A DNA stretch of 64,000 nt from Polyangiales bacterium (lineage in GTDB: Bacteria; Myxococcota_A; Polyangia; Polyangiales; Polyangiaceae). The stretch spans positions 64,001 through 128,000 of the forward strand of contig JBBRLQ010000006.1 of NCBI GenBank assembly GCA_038231275.1, in the 5' to 3' direction. The notes under the pieces were generated by a model. That model made no database searches. It had not been told where the DNA came from and was given only the letters and a program-made list of their open reading frames with translations. Below are positions 30,830 to 40,856 of the stretch, piece after piece (position 1 is the first letter of the stretch; every line of letters begins with the position of its first letter). A program made the position numbers and the translations under genes.

Positions 30830-32080
30830 ATGACCAAAGTCCGCCTCGCGCATGCTCTGTCCGTCTCCCTCGCGGCGACGGCGTTCGTCGCGTGCAGCTC
30901 CGACGGCGGCGCCGCCGACGATCCCGGCGTCTCGGAGGATCTCCTCGTCGTCGGCTCCGGCTTCGAGAAGGACGTCACCGTCTTCGACGATCGCCTCGAG
31001 GTCCCGCGCGCGGGCCACGACGACGTCCTCTCCACCAAGGTCGGCAAGCTCCTCGTCGGCGGCCCGTCGCAGCTCGATCGCAACCCGCACGGCTTCTTAC
31101 GCCGCGCGTCCGGCGTGCGCGTGGTGGGCGACAAGATCGTCGTCGACACCGGCCGCCCGGTCCTCACGGACGTCTTCCACGGCAGCGCGCAGATGCAGGT
31201 CGCCGACCAAGGCGCCGGATCGGCGACGCCCATGTCGGCGGACGGCACGCTGCGCCCCGCAGGTTGGGCCAGCAAGCTCGGCGGCGCGCTGAAGCTCCCC
31301 GCGCAGCTCACGCTCCTCTCCTTCGTCGCGTCGCTCGTCGATCCGGTGAAGAGCAACGAGAAGTACGACGTCAAGATCGGCCTCGGGGGCGGCTCGTTCT
31401 CGTTCACGCCGAAGATCTCGACCGACGTGAAGGTGAAGCACGGCGAGCTCGATCACCTCTACGTTGCCGCAGAGGGCCTCCTCGAGGGCGAGGTCGAGAT
31501 CGACGTCGACGTGAAGGCGCACGGCACGCTCGCCACCACGAACAACGGGCTCCTCCAACCGATACGAATCGATCGGCGCCTCGCCCAATGGCCGGCGGCG
31601 CACTCGCTCCAGTTCATCGGCATCGTGCCGGTGTGGGAGACGGTGGAGCTCTCGCTGGTCCTTCGCTGCGATTTGGCGTTCAACGGCGAGGCGACCGGAA
31701 AGATTTTCCTCAAGGCGAGCGCCGACGGGACCTACGGCGCCGAGTACAAGAACGGCAAGGGATGGAGCAAGGTCGAGAAGGGACCGACGCTCGACCCGAC
31801 GGGCAGCCGCGTCGAGATCACGCAGATCGGCAGCGCCGACGTGAAGTGCTCGCTCGAGCCGCAAGTGGCGCTGCTCGTCTACGATCTCGCGGGGCCGACG
31901 CTGGCGATGGGGCCGTACGCGAACGTCCACGTGGACGAGGCGACGCGCGCATGGACGCTCCAGCCGGGATTCCGTGCGGATCTCGGGGTGCTCGTCACGT
32001 TCGCGAGCTACCAGATCGCGAACGAACGCTTCGAGATCCTGGACGTGCCGCTCGGCAACAAGATCGCAGGAACGTACTGA
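30830..32080 (+). CDS. hypothetical lipoprotein, beta-rich
   Basis: FVAC lipobox; typical GC3-rich codon usage. Confidence 0.75.
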   Translation: MTKVRLAHALSVSLAATAFVACSSDGGAADDPGVSEDLLVVGSGFEKDVTVFDDRLEVPRAGHDDVLSTKVGKLLVGGPSQLDRNPHGFLRRASGVRVVGDKIVVDTGRPVLTDVFHGSAQMQVADQGAGSATPMSADGTLRPAGWASKLGGALKLPAQLTLLSFVASLVDPVKSNEKYDVKIGLGGGSFSFTPKISTDVKVKHGELDHLYVAAEGLLEGEVEIDVDVKAHGTLATTNNGLLQPIRIDRRLAQWPAAHSLQFIGIVPVWETVELSLVLRCDLAFNGEATGKIFLKASADGTYGAEYKNGKGWSKVEKGPTLDPTGSRVEITQIGSADVKCSLEPQVALLVYDLAGPTLAMGPYANVHVDEATRAWTLQPGFRADLGVLVTFASYQIANERFEILDVPLGNKIAGTY

Positions 32081-32089
32081 GGCCGAGCC

Positions 32090-32626
32090 TCACCCCATGT
32101 GCGTCGGCGCGAGGGCGCCAATTTGGCGGAGCGCCTCGAACAGCGCGATGCCCGTGGCGTTCGCCAGGTTGAGGGAGCGGACCGCGCCGAGCGTCGGGAT
32201 GCCGACCACGCGATCGGCATGCGCGTCGAGGAGCTCTTGCGGCAACCCCACGCTCTCGCGGCCGAAGACGAGCGCGTCGCCGGGCGCGTACGCCGCGTCG
32301 AGGTAGCTCTTCTCGGCGATCGCGCTGAAGAGGTGGAGCTTGCCGGTGGGCGACTCCTTGCGGAATGCATGCATAAAATGGGCAAAATCCAGGTGCTGCC
32401 GCACGTCCACGAGGTGCCAGTAGTCGACGCCGGCGCGGCGCACGCTGTGCTCGTCGATGCGGAAGCCCAGCGTGCCCACGAGGTGGAGCTTGGTCGCCGT
32501 CGCCGCGGTGAGGCGCGCGATGTTGCCGGTGTTCGGCGGGATCTCCGGCTCGACGAGGACGACGTGGAGCGGCGCCCCCTTCGGCGTGGCGCGGAGGCGC
32601 GGCGCGTTGCCGTGCGGTGTGCTCAT
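32090..32626 (-). CDS. trmL: tRNA (cytidine/uridine-34-2'-O)-methyltransferase
   Basis: EPEIPPNTGNIAR, RRAGVDYW, FGRES.GLP and RSLNLAN SPOUT motifs. Confidence 0.95.
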   Translation of the reverse strand: MSTPHGNAPRLRATPKGAPLHVVLVEPEIPPNTGNIARLTAATATKLHLVGTLGFRIDEHSVRRAGVDYWHLVDVRQHLDFAHFMHAFRKESPTGKLHLFSAIAEKSYLDAAYAPGDALVFGRESVGLPQELLDAHADRVVGIPTLGAVRSLNLANATGIALFEALRQIGALAPTHMG

Positions 32627-33609
32627 GACGGGCCTCGCCACAGCTCGCGCGTGTTGCCCTGCGCGTCGACCTCGACGGCCACGTCGGTGCCGGCGGCGCG
32701 CGTGACGTGGAGGACCTTGCCCGTCGAGTCGTTCACGGTGGGGGACATGCCGCAGTCGACGCGAAAGAGGGCGCCGGCTTGCGCGACCGCGATGGCGCCG
32801 CGCGGACCGAGGGCGCTGGGATCGTGGCCGAAGACGACGTGCGATGCCCCGATGGCCGCGAGGTTCCTCGGCGCGACGGCGACGTCGTCATACCAGCTGC
32901 GTGACTCGAGGATGGAGTCGCTGCCCGTGAACGCCGCGTCGTCGTAGTCGCGATGCAGATCGAGCGCCGCCCCGAGCGTCGCTTGGAGCTCGGCGATCGA
33001 GTGGCCGTGCGTGTCTCCCGCGTGCGCGAAGAACCATCCGCCGACCCGCGCCGCGAACGCGCGATCGCGGAGCCACTGCCCGCGCGGATCCTTCCCGCTC
33101 GCGATCGCCACCGGATCGACGCCGCGCGCGCGGAGCTCTTTGTCGAAGCCATCCGAGCCATCCGCCTTGGAGTTGCCGGGATCGGCGAAGAACTCCGCTT
33201 CGTGGTTGCCGACGAGGACTACGACGAGGCCGCCCTTCTCTTTCGCGCGCGCCTCCAGCGCCATCAGCAAATCGATCACCTCGAGCGGCTGCGGTCCCTT
33301 GTCGACGAGATCGCCGGCGACGACGAGGACGCCGGCGCCCGCAGCCCACGCGGGGCTCGCGGGATCCGGCGGGACGGCCGCAAGGACGCCGGCGCCGGTC
33401 AGGAGCGCGGCGAGGCGATCGTACCCGCCGTGCGGATCGCTGACGGCGTAGAGGTCGGCGGCGGCGGTCGCGTCGACGACGGCGGGGTGCGCCGCCCAGT
33501 CACGCGGCGGGCTCACGACGGTGTAGGCCGTCTTCGTGTGCGAACCGCACGCGCCCGAGAGGAGCGCGGCGCAAGTCAATCCAAAGACGACGTTCCTCGA
33601 GATGCTCAC
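32623..33609 (-). CDS. calcineurin-like metallophosphoesterase lipoprotein
   Basis: SDPHG, GDLVDKG, GNHE, HAG and FGH motifs; start approximate. Confidence 0.88.
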   Translation of the reverse strand: MSISRNVVFGLTCAALLSGACGSHTKTAYTVVSPPRDWAAHPAVVDATAAADLYAVSDPHGGYDRLAALLTGAGVLAAVPPDPASPAWAAGAGVLVVAGDLVDKGPQPLEVIDLLMALEARAKEKGGLVVVLVGNHEAEFFADPGNSKADGSDGFDKELRARGVDPVAIASGKDPRGQWLRDRAFAARVGGWFFAHAGDTHGHSIAELQATLGAALDLHRDYDDAAFTGSDSILESRSWYDDVAVAPRNLAAIGASHVVFGHDPSALGPRGAIAVAQAGALFRVDCGMSPTVNDSTGKVLHVTRAAGTDVAVEVDAQGNTRELWRGPS

Positions 33610-33712
33610 TTGGCTTGACGTGCCCCGAGCGCGGAACGTAGCCTCGCGCATGGTGGCGTGCAATGTCGTGCGCCGGCATTTTCTCGGCGGACCCACGTAC
33701 TCGGAGCATCGC

Positions 33713-34846
33713 TTGCGGACGATTAGACGCGTCCTCCTCGCATCGACAATCCTCTGGTCCGGAGCCGCGGCGCTCACGGCGGCGGACGCGCGCGCGGCCG
33801 GGATGGATCCGACCCCCGAGCGCCTCGTGCTTCAGCCCGGCGGCATCCCGAATGGGACGACGTGCCAGGCGATCGCCGCCAACCCGCAGGGCTTCGTCAA
33901 CGCGAACCCCGGTCACTCGCCGAACACGTTCGGCTGCCGCCCCGACGACGTCGCCTTCGCGAACATGGTGAGCGAGCTCGGCTTCGCGATCGCGCCGACG
34001 GCGTTCCACCCCGCGCGTACGACCGGCATCGGCGGCTTCGCCCTCACGCTCGAGGCGAGTTACACGAAGATCAACGCCGACGCGTTCAGCAAGGCCGCCG
34101 ACGGCACGATGACGCAGTACTGGCACAAGGGCACGCAGGGCTCGGTCGATCCGAACACCAAGCAATTCTCCACCGAGAACAACGGCCCCGACTCGCTGCT
34201 TCAGGTGTATTCGCTCAAGGCACGCAAGGGCCTCCCCTTCGGCTTCGAGCTCGCGGGCGCGCTCGGCACGCTGGCGAACACGTCGATGTGGGTCACTGGC
34301 GCGGACATCCGATGGTCCTTGCTGGAAGGCTTTCGCACCGGCGCGCTCGGCGTCCTCCCCGACGTCGCGGTCGGCAGCGGCGTGCGCACGCTGATGGGCA
34401 CGTCGAAGTTCCACCTCACGACCGTCGGCATCGACGCGCAAGTGTCGAAGCCGATCCCGCTCGCCGACTCGTCGATCCTCACGCCGTACGTCGGCTACCA
34501 GCGCCTCATCATCTTCGGCGACTCGGTCGTGGTCGACACGACGCCGAACGTCGACCCGCTCAAGCAGTGCGGCTACCAAGGCCCCGACAAGAACACCGGC
34601 GAGCCGCGTTGCGCGAACAAGCTCTCGAACGGGCAATCGAACGACGGCGACTTCAACAACAACGTCACGTTCGCGAAGGTCCGCACGCATCGGCACCGCG
34701 GAATCTTCGGCTTGAGCTACCGCTACGAGGTCCTGTATCTCGCGAGCCAGTTCCTCATCGATCTCACGCCGCCCAGCGACGAGAACCCCGGTCTCAGCGA
34801 CACACGACAGTGGACGTTCTCCCTCGAAGCCGGCGTTTTCTTCTGA
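33713..34846 (+). CDS. hypothetical outer-membrane protein
   Basis: Signal peptide ending ARA, beta-strands, C-terminal GVFF; start approximate. Confidence 0.75.
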   Translation: MRTIRRVLLASTILWSGAAALTAADARAAGMDPTPERLVLQPGGIPNGTTCQAIAANPQGFVNANPGHSPNTFGCRPDDVAFANMVSELGFAIAPTAFHPARTTGIGGFALTLEASYTKINADAFSKAADGTMTQYWHKGTQGSVDPNTKQFSTENNGPDSLLQVYSLKARKGLPFGFELAGALGTLANTSMWVTGADIRWSLLEGFRTGALGVLPDVAVGSGVRTLMGTSKFHLTTVGIDAQVSKPIPLADSSILTPYVGYQRLIIFGDSVVVDTTPNVDPLKQCGYQGPDKNTGEPRCANKLSNGQSNDGDFNNNVTFAKVRTHRHRGIFGLSYRYEVLYLASQFLIDLTPPSDENPGLSDTRQWTFSLEAGVFF

Positions 34847-35376
34847 GAGGGCCGATCGCGCTCTCCGCGGTCGTGCTGCTCGCCGGCGCCGTCGCAGCGG
34901 CGTGCGGCGGATCGAAGAAGGAGGGGCTCGTCGGCGTCTCGACGGCGACGCACCCTCCGCGCCCCGTCGTGAAGGACGGCGGCGCGCTCCCGGGCGACGC
35001 GGGCATCCCCGCCGACTACGAGACGTCGTTCGCGAAGGTGAGCACGACGCGCTTCGTCTCGAACGGTCACGCGACCGGCCGATGGGACGTGGACGTGCTC
35101 GCGAACGACGCGGCGAAGGAGCCGCTCGCATCGGGCCACGGCGACGTCCCGGTCGGCGCGAAGATCATCGAGGTCCACTACGAGCGCGCGGGCGCCGGAG
35201 GCCGCGGGCCGCTCATGATGATGGAGAAGCGAGAAAAAGGCTTCGATTCGGATCACGGCGACTGGCGCTACGTCGTCGTCGCGTCGACCGGCGAGCTCGT
35301 GAAGGACGGCGCAATCGAGTCGTGCGCCGGCTGCCACGACGACGCGCCGCATGATCACCTGTTCAAGGTGCAGTAA
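34843..35376 (+). CDS. cytochrome P460-family lipoprotein
   Basis: AAAC lipobox; 'MMMEKREKGF...GDWRY' and C-terminal CAGCH heme motif; start uncertain (CTG 34843 or GTG 34873). Confidence 0.75.
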   Translation: MRGPIALSAVVLLAGAVAAACGGSKKEGLVGVSTATHPPRPVVKDGGALPGDAGIPADYETSFAKVSTTRFVSNGHATGRWDVDVLANDAAKEPLASGHGDVPVGAKIIEVHYERAGAGGRGPLMMMEKREKGFDSDHGDWRYVVVASTGELVKDGAIESCAGCHDDAPHDHLFKVQ

Positions 35377-35454
35377 AGGCGGGCGACTCCGCGGCTAGAG
35401 CGAACGTCGTTTGCACGGAACGGGCAGACGACGGTAGCGACCCACAAGGGGGCT

Positions 35455-36285
35455 CTAGAACGAGAGGACGATGCCGAACGCGGCGGCGACGATGAGGAGC
35501 GCGCCTACCAGCGTCGCGATGACGGCTGCGACGTACGAGGTGCCGAGCGCGCGATCGGCGGCCGGGCCGACGAGGCGGTAGCAGCCGCGGAGGAACGCGC
35601 GCGAGCTCTTCGTGGGCACGCTCGACACGTGCATCGAAACCCACGCCCCGAGGCCCTTCTTCACGCCGAGGATCACCGCGCCGACCGGCCCCTGCACGAG
35701 ATCCCAACCGGCCGCGTAGAGCCCAAAGCGGAGCGCGCGCGTCGCGGCGGCACGTCCACCGTTCTTGCGCGCGCCGACGTCGAGCGAAAATCCGTGCGCG
35801 GCGTGCGCGACGACGAGGAGGAGCGCGAGCGCGGGGACGCCGGTCGCGAAGATGCGCAGCGCCAGATCGCGCGCGGTGGGATCGAGCGCGACGTGCTTCA
35901 GCCACGCAGGCGCGAGCGCACCCGCGAAGGCGACGACGAGGAGCGAGATCGCGCCGGCTGCGATGAGCTCGCATAGCATCGCGAACTTGAGCGCCGGCGT
36001 GATGGGGCCGTCGGGCAGGAGCTCGAAGAACGCCTCCGCGTCGCGCGTGGCCGCGTGCGCCGTCTCCCACAGCTTCGGCAACACACGACCGCCAGGCCGC
36101 TCCCACGCGACGATCGTCACGACGCCGGAGCGCGAGAGCTCGCTCTGGCACCCCGGACAGTCCGAGTCGCCGCACAGAGCGCAGACGACGGCCGCGGGGA
36201 CGTCGACGTCGAGCTCGGACTCGCGTGCGCGGAGCTCCGGATCCGACGGGCTTTTTCGCGCGGGCGCCGTCATGGCGTACACCAT
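35455..36285 (-). CDS. hypothetical membrane protein with N-terminal CxxC-CxxC
   Basis: CALCGDSDCPGC followed by multiple TM helices. Confidence 0.7.
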   Translation of the reverse strand: MVYAMTAPARKSPSDPELRARESELDVDVPAAVVCALCGDSDCPGCQSELSRSGVVTIVAWERPGGRVLPKLWETAHAATRDAEAFFELLPDGPITPALKFAMLCELIAAGAISLLVVAFAGALAPAWLKHVALDPTARDLALRIFATGVPALALLLVVAHAAHGFSLDVGARKNGGRAAATRALRFGLYAAGWDLVQGPVGAVILGVKKGLGAWVSMHVSSVPTKSSRAFLRGCYRLVGPAADRALGTSYVAAVIATLVGALLIVAAAFGIVLSF

Positions 36286-36369
36286 GGCTCCATCCGCCGA
36301 GGGAGGCCAGATAACTTACGCGCAGCGGCGCGTACACTCGGGGCGAAGGTGCGCGACACGTGCGCGCGC

Positions 36370-36441
36370 TCAGGAGCGTTTCGCTTCGCTTCACTTCAGC
36401 GGTCAGGAGCGTTTCGCTCCGCTGCGCTTCGCTTCACTTCA
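36370..36441 (-). repeat. TGA-anchored intergenic repeat, copy 4, plus a tandem internally deleted copy
   Basis: Minus strand reads TGAAGTGAAGCGAAGCGCAGCGGAGCGAAACGCTCCTGAC-CGC-TGAAGTGAAGCGAAGCGAAACGCTCCTGA. Confidence 0.9.
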
Positions 36442-37065
36442 GTGGAGATCTTGTCCCCTCGAAGTTCCACGCGCGACCTTGATGTCGTCGACGCTCCCTC
36501 CCAGGCGCAGCGACACGAGCGCCGCGAGGATCGAGACCGCGAGCGTCGCGAAGAGCGGCCACCCGTACACGAAGCGCAGCGGCACGATCCCTCCGCTCGG
36601 CGGACGCGCGAGGAGGATCGCGACCGTGACTCCGGGGATCGCGCTCAAGAACGCCGCCGCGACGCGCGCGCCTCGCATCTGAAAAATGCTGCGCCGGCTC
36701 AGCACCGTCGGCACGAGCACGACCCACGCGACGCCGGACGCCCACACCCACCCGAGCCGTCCGCGCGCGAGATCGAAGCCGGTGATCGCGAGCTCGTACG
36801 GCAGGCTCATCCGAATCCATGGCAGGAAGAACACGAGGAGACCGACGACGCCGAGCACGCCGAGGAGGCCCTTGCCGCGACCCATGTAGGTTGCAGGCAA
36901 CGGCTCGTGCTCCGGCAGGGCGGGGACGTCGTCGAGATCGTCGTGCAGGTGCGCGGCCTTCGGGAGCTTCGAGAACTCGGTGAGGGCGACGCCGCAGACT
37001 GGGCAGGTCTCTTCTTCCCCTTCTTCGAACATCTCACGGCAAAAGGGGCAGGCGACGAGGGCCAT
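36439..37065 (-). CDS. zinc-ribbon membrane protein
   Basis: CPFC...CPVC followed by about four TM helices. Confidence 0.75.
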   Translation of the reverse strand: MALVACPFCREMFEEGEEETCPVCGVALTEFSKLPKAAHLHDDLDDVPALPEHEPLPATYMGRGKGLLGVLGVVGLLVFFLPWIRMSLPYELAITGFDLARGRLGWVWASGVAWVVLVPTVLSRRSIFQMRGARVAAAFLSAIPGVTVAILLARPPSGGIVPLRFVYGWPLFATLAVSILAALVSLRLGGSVDDIKVARGTSRGQDLH

Positions 37066-37161
37066 GGGGGAAGGGTCGCGTGGCGGCGGGGCGGAAGCAA
37101 ATGGAACACGGGGCATGTCACTCGAGGTGACACGCCCCGCGGCCGGGAGTTCCCGGATGGG

Positions 37162-38706
37162 CTAGTTGTGGGCCGCGCTCACGCCAGAGGCCGCGGGTGG
37201 CACGCCTCCCCCGCCGCTCCCCGCCGCACCAGGGATCCACGTCAAGCTTGCCCCCTCCGTGAACGTGCCGCCGCCACCGGTGTAATAACCGTAGGTGGAG
37301 CCTCCGCTCCCACCCCCGCCCTTTCCCCCGACGCTGCCGGCAGCTCCGGCTGTTCCGATCGAGCCCGCTACGACCTTCGTCACCGGTGAGCTCACATAGC
37401 AATCGGTGCCGGCCGGTGGCCTCACACTGCAGGTTCCAGAGCTCGTGCAGTTTTGCGAGCCCCCTTGGGCGCCCGCGGAAGGAGTGCCGGGCGGCCCACC
37501 ATTGCCTCCCGGAGCCCCGACCCCGCCCGCGCGGGGTATGAGATGAGTGTAGCTCGCGCTCACGGATGCCCCGCCCCAGACGAAAACGGCGACGCTGCTT
37601 CCCCCGCCCGTGCCTGGTGTGCCTGGCCCGCCTCCTCCGCTGCCGCAGCCCGGAATGCCCGGGTCACCACACACTTGAATGTTCGGCGGCATCGAGCACG
37701 GGGGCGACTCGTTCGAGCACGCGACGCTGTCGACGCACGACATGCAGTTGAGCGCGCCCACGGTCCCGTTGCCTCCCGCACCGCCGGCACCGCCGGTCGA
37801 TCCATTGGTTGCACCATATCCGGCAGAGGTGAACATACCCGCAAGCGCGCCGGCGCCCGGCGTTCCAGCAGCCGGTGTGACGGGAGACCCCGCCGAACAA
37901 CTGCCGGGCGCGTTCGCGCCGGTTGACCCTAGGATGCCCGGGTTCCCGTCCGCACCAGGCCCAGGCTCAACGTTCACCGACACCAGCGTTAGCTTCGTGG
38001 TGGCCCCGCTCGCGAAGATTCCGTAATTGGACGCGCTCTTCGTAACCTGATTGTTGCCGAGCAACCTTAGGAGCTGGAGCGTGAACGTGCCGCTGTTGTT
38101 CGCCGTGACGATGGCGGGCGCGCCGGCGGGAGCCTCGATGACGGGAATCGCGGACCCGTCGCAGACGTGCGTCCACGTCCCTCCCTTTCGCCTCCAACCG
38201 CCCTGAATCGTGATGCCGAGGGCTTGTCCCGTGCTCAGCGTGAGCGCCTCCTTGTAGGTGCCTTCGTCGACGTAGATGATCGTGCGCCCGAACTTCGCCG
38301 CGTGTCCGAGAGCGCCTTGAATCGACGGGCACGGCGTCGACGTGGAGCAGCCGTTCTGCGTGCTCGGGTCGCCGGTTCCAGTGGTGGAGACAACGGACCC
38401 AACGACGTCGCTCGGGACGTCGCTACATCCGGAGTCGCCGGCGTCCGGCAGGTCGACCGGAGCGTCCGGAGGTGCGGTGTCCGCGCTTCCCTCGAAGACC
38501 GTACCGCCGTCGTCCGGCGGCGGCGCGCTGTCGCGGAGGCTCGTCTCGGCGCCAGTGTCCTCACCGCTGCTCCCGTCATCGACGGTCGCATCGGGCTGAA
38601 CGGTCCCCGAATCGGGATCCGTCGCCGCGAAATTCGAGGAGCCGCATGCAACGGCCGCAGCCGCGGCGGCGATCGCGAAGAGGAAGAACCACGCCTGTTT
38701 GGTCAT
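37162..38706 (-). CDS. Gly-rich surface lipoprotein with a beta-helix-like central region
   Basis: AVAC lipobox; 'PCPSIQGAL...IYVDEGTYKE' motif; GxxG-rich C-terminal half. Confidence 0.78.
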   Translation of the reverse strand: MTKQAWFFLFAIAAAAAAVACGSSNFAATDPDSGTVQPDATVDDGSSGEDTGAETSLRDSAPPPDDGGTVFEGSADTAPPDAPVDLPDAGDSGCSDVPSDVVGSVVSTTGTGDPSTQNGCSTSTPCPSIQGALGHAAKFGRTIIYVDEGTYKEALTLSTGQALGITIQGGWRRKGGTWTHVCDGSAIPVIEAPAGAPAIVTANNSGTFTLQLLRLLGNNQVTKSASNYGIFASGATTKLTLVSVNVEPGPGADGNPGILGSTGANAPGSCSAGSPVTPAAGTPGAGALAGMFTSAGYGATNGSTGGAGGAGGNGTVGALNCMSCVDSVACSNESPPCSMPPNIQVCGDPGIPGCGSGGGGPGTPGTGGGSSVAVFVWGGASVSASYTHLIPRAGGVGAPGGNGGPPGTPSAGAQGGSQNCTSSGTCSVRPPAGTDCYVSSPVTKVVAGSIGTAGAAGSVGGKGGGGSGGSTYGYYTGGGGTFTEGASLTWIPGAAGSGGGGVPPAASGVSAAHN

Positions 38707-38817
38707 TGGAAGAAAACCCCGCATCTCTCTACAAGTACCAACGTTTCGCGCGAGGTCCAAGCTTGTGCCGCGTTCGCGACTTGTGCAATCCGGCGCGTCT
38801 TCCTACGCTCGTCGATC

Positions 38818-39108
38818 ATGGTGCGTCCTTCCAAGCTCCCACTGGCATCAGTCGTCGACTGGCTCGCGTCCCACCCCGGGTGGACACGCGACGGCGAGAC
38901 CTCGGTGAGCCGCAGCTTCAAATTCCCTGACTTCGCGAGCGCGCTGGGCTTCGCGGTCAAGGTGGGGTGCGCGGCGGAGAAGCGCGACCATCACCCGGAC
39001 CTGGAGCTCGGGTGGGGAAAGGCCCGGGTCGTCTGGTCGACGCACGACGCGGGCGGCATCACGCAGCTCGATCTCGATCTCGCGGAGGCGACGGACAAGC
39101 TTGTCTGA
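38818..39108 (+). CDS. phhB: pterin-4-alpha-carbinolamine dehydratase
   Basis: AEKRDHHPDL and THDAGGITQLD motifs. Confidence 0.93.
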   Translation: MVRPSKLPLASVVDWLASHPGWTRDGETSVSRSFKFPDFASALGFAVKVGCAAEKRDHHPDLELGWGKARVVWSTHDAGGITQLDLDLAEATDKLV

Positions 39109-39811
39109 CGAGGAGGAGCAGCTCGCCCTGGCGCGCACAACGCTGCGCGCGATGATCGTCGCGCTCGTCGGCGAAGGTGAGCTGCCGCGGTTCGAAGAGG
39201 CGCTGACGCACACGAGCTTCGCGAACGAGACGAAGGCGCGCGACAACCAGCGCCTCGAGTTCTTGGGGGACGCGGTGCTCGGGCTCTGCGTGAGCGAGCT
39301 CCTGACGGCGGCGCATCCGGACGCGGACGAAGGGGCGCTCACGCGGATGCGCGCGGCGCTCGTCAACGCGGAGGCGCTCGCGCGGTGGGCGCGCGCCGTG
39401 GACCTGGGCGCGTCGCTGGCGCTGGGGCGCGGCGCGCGCGCGGGAAACGAGCGGGAGCAGACCAACGTCCTCTCCGACGCGGTCGAGGCGATCGTCGCGG
39501 CGGTCTACGAGGCGCGGGGGCTCGACGGCGCGCGGGCGGTCGTCCGCGAGGTGGTGCGCGCCCCGATGGCGCACTCCGAGACGCTTGGCGTCCGCGATCC
39601 GAAGAGCCTCCTTCAGGAGAAGGTTCAGGCCGAAGGCCGCATCGCGCCGCAGTACCGCGTCGTCTCCACGAGCGGCCCCGCGCACGAGCAGCTCTTCGTC
39701 GTCGAGTGCGTGGTGGCGACCGAAGTGATCGGCCGCGGCGAGGGTCGTTCGAAGCGACTCGCCGAGCGTGCGGCGGCGCTCGCGGCCCTGTCGATGCGCG
39801 GCCCCGATTGA
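39101..39811 (+). CDS. rnc: ribonuclease III
   Basis: ALTHTS, NQRLEFLGDAVL, DAVEA and dsRBD 'DPKSLLQE...GRSKRLAE' motifs. Confidence 0.96.
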   Translation: MSDEEEQLALARTTLRAMIVALVGEGELPRFEEALTHTSFANETKARDNQRLEFLGDAVLGLCVSELLTAAHPDADEGALTRMRAALVNAEALARWARAVDLGASLALGRGARAGNEREQTNVLSDAVEAIVAAVYEARGLDGARAVVREVVRAPMAHSETLGVRDPKSLLQEKVQAEGRIAPQYRVVSTSGPAHEQLFVVECVVATEVIGRGEGRSKRLAERAAALAALSMRGPD

Positions 39812-39829
39812 GCGATCGAGAAGGACGCG

Positions 39830-40825
39830 CTACTTCGGAGGAGGAGGAGCCGGCGTCGTGGGAGGGACCTGACCGGGCCGCCCGCGCGTCATCACCGTCC
39901 CCGCGCCGGCCGACAGATCGATCGCGTTCACGAGATCGGGGTTCAGCTCCTTCAGCTCGCGCGTGCGCAGTTCGGCGAGGAGCTTGGTCTGCGCCTCTTC
40001 GAGCTTCTGCTTGAAGAGCGTGTCGCGGATTTGCTCTTTGACTTCGTCGACGCCGCGCCGCATCGCGCCGACGGTCCCGCGCCGCCAGACCACCGAAAAA
40101 TACGCCCCTTCGGGCACCGGCGCCGGCACGAGCTCGCCGTCCTTCATGGCTTGCGCGGCCTTGAGCACGGCGGGATCGGCCTTGAGGCCGGCCTCGTTCG
40201 ACGCGCCGTCGGGGCCCAAGAATCCCAGGTTGCCGCCGCGCATGCTCGTCGCCTTGTCGAGGCTGTGATCGCGCGCGAGCTGCATGAAGCCGGTCGGCGT
40301 CGTGTCCTTCTTCGCCGCGTCGAGGACCGACGCCGCCTCCTCGCGCGAGCGGCAGAGGATGCGCCAGACCGAGACGCGCTCCGGCGTGTCGTAGTGGTCG
40401 AGGTGCTGCGTGTAATATGCACGCACTTCGTCCATCGAGATCTCGCTGGCGCGGCCGATGCGCTCGCGCGTCGCGCGCTGCGTGGCGTTCGACATGGCGC
40501 GGAGGCGTGCGTGCTCCAGCGCGATGTCGTCGAGCGCGCTCTTGTCCTCGGCGCCGCGCGCGAAGAGGACCTCGGGGACGATGACGTCGTTCAGGAACTT
40601 GCGGCGCACCGCGTCCGGCGAATCGCCGAAGGTCTGCAGCTGGAAGCGGGGCACGCCGGCGAGGCGATCCTCGAGCTCCCCCGCGGTGACCGTTCGGTCG
40701 CCGATCTTCGCGACGACGGCAGCGCGACGGGCCTTCTCCGCCTCGTCCATGCCGGCGCGCGGCGCACCGCCCGTGATCGTCATCACCGCGGCGAGGAGGG
40801 AGAGAGAGGCGAGGCGCGTCTTCAC
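39830..40825 (-). CDS. PpiC/parvulin-type peptidyl-prolyl isomerase, exported
   Basis: SurA-like N-terminal region; 'F.QLARDHSLD..T..RGGNLGF'. Confidence 0.88.
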   Translation of the reverse strand: MKTRLASLSLLAAVMTITGGAPRAGMDEAEKARRAAVVAKIGDRTVTAGELEDRLAGVPRFQLQTFGDSPDAVRRKFLNDVIVPEVLFARGAEDKSALDDIALEHARLRAMSNATQRATRERIGRASEISMDEVRAYYTQHLDHYDTPERVSVWRILCRSREEAASVLDAAKKDTTPTGFMQLARDHSLDKATSMRGGNLGFLGPDGASNEAGLKADPAVLKAAQAMKDGELVPAPVPEGAYFSVVWRRGTVGAMRRGVDEVKEQIRDTLFKQKLEEAQTKLLAELRTRELKELNPDLVNAIDLSAGAGTVMTRGRPGQVPPTTPAPPPPK

Positions 40826-40856
40826 GCCGCTCGTTTACCACGGCGGCGGCCCGAGA

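Noticed and set aside
36370-36441. Tandem repeats as a possible mini-CRISPR
   Set aside because: Only two units with a 3-nt gap, no unique spacers and no cas genes; belongs to the dispersed TGA-anchored repeat
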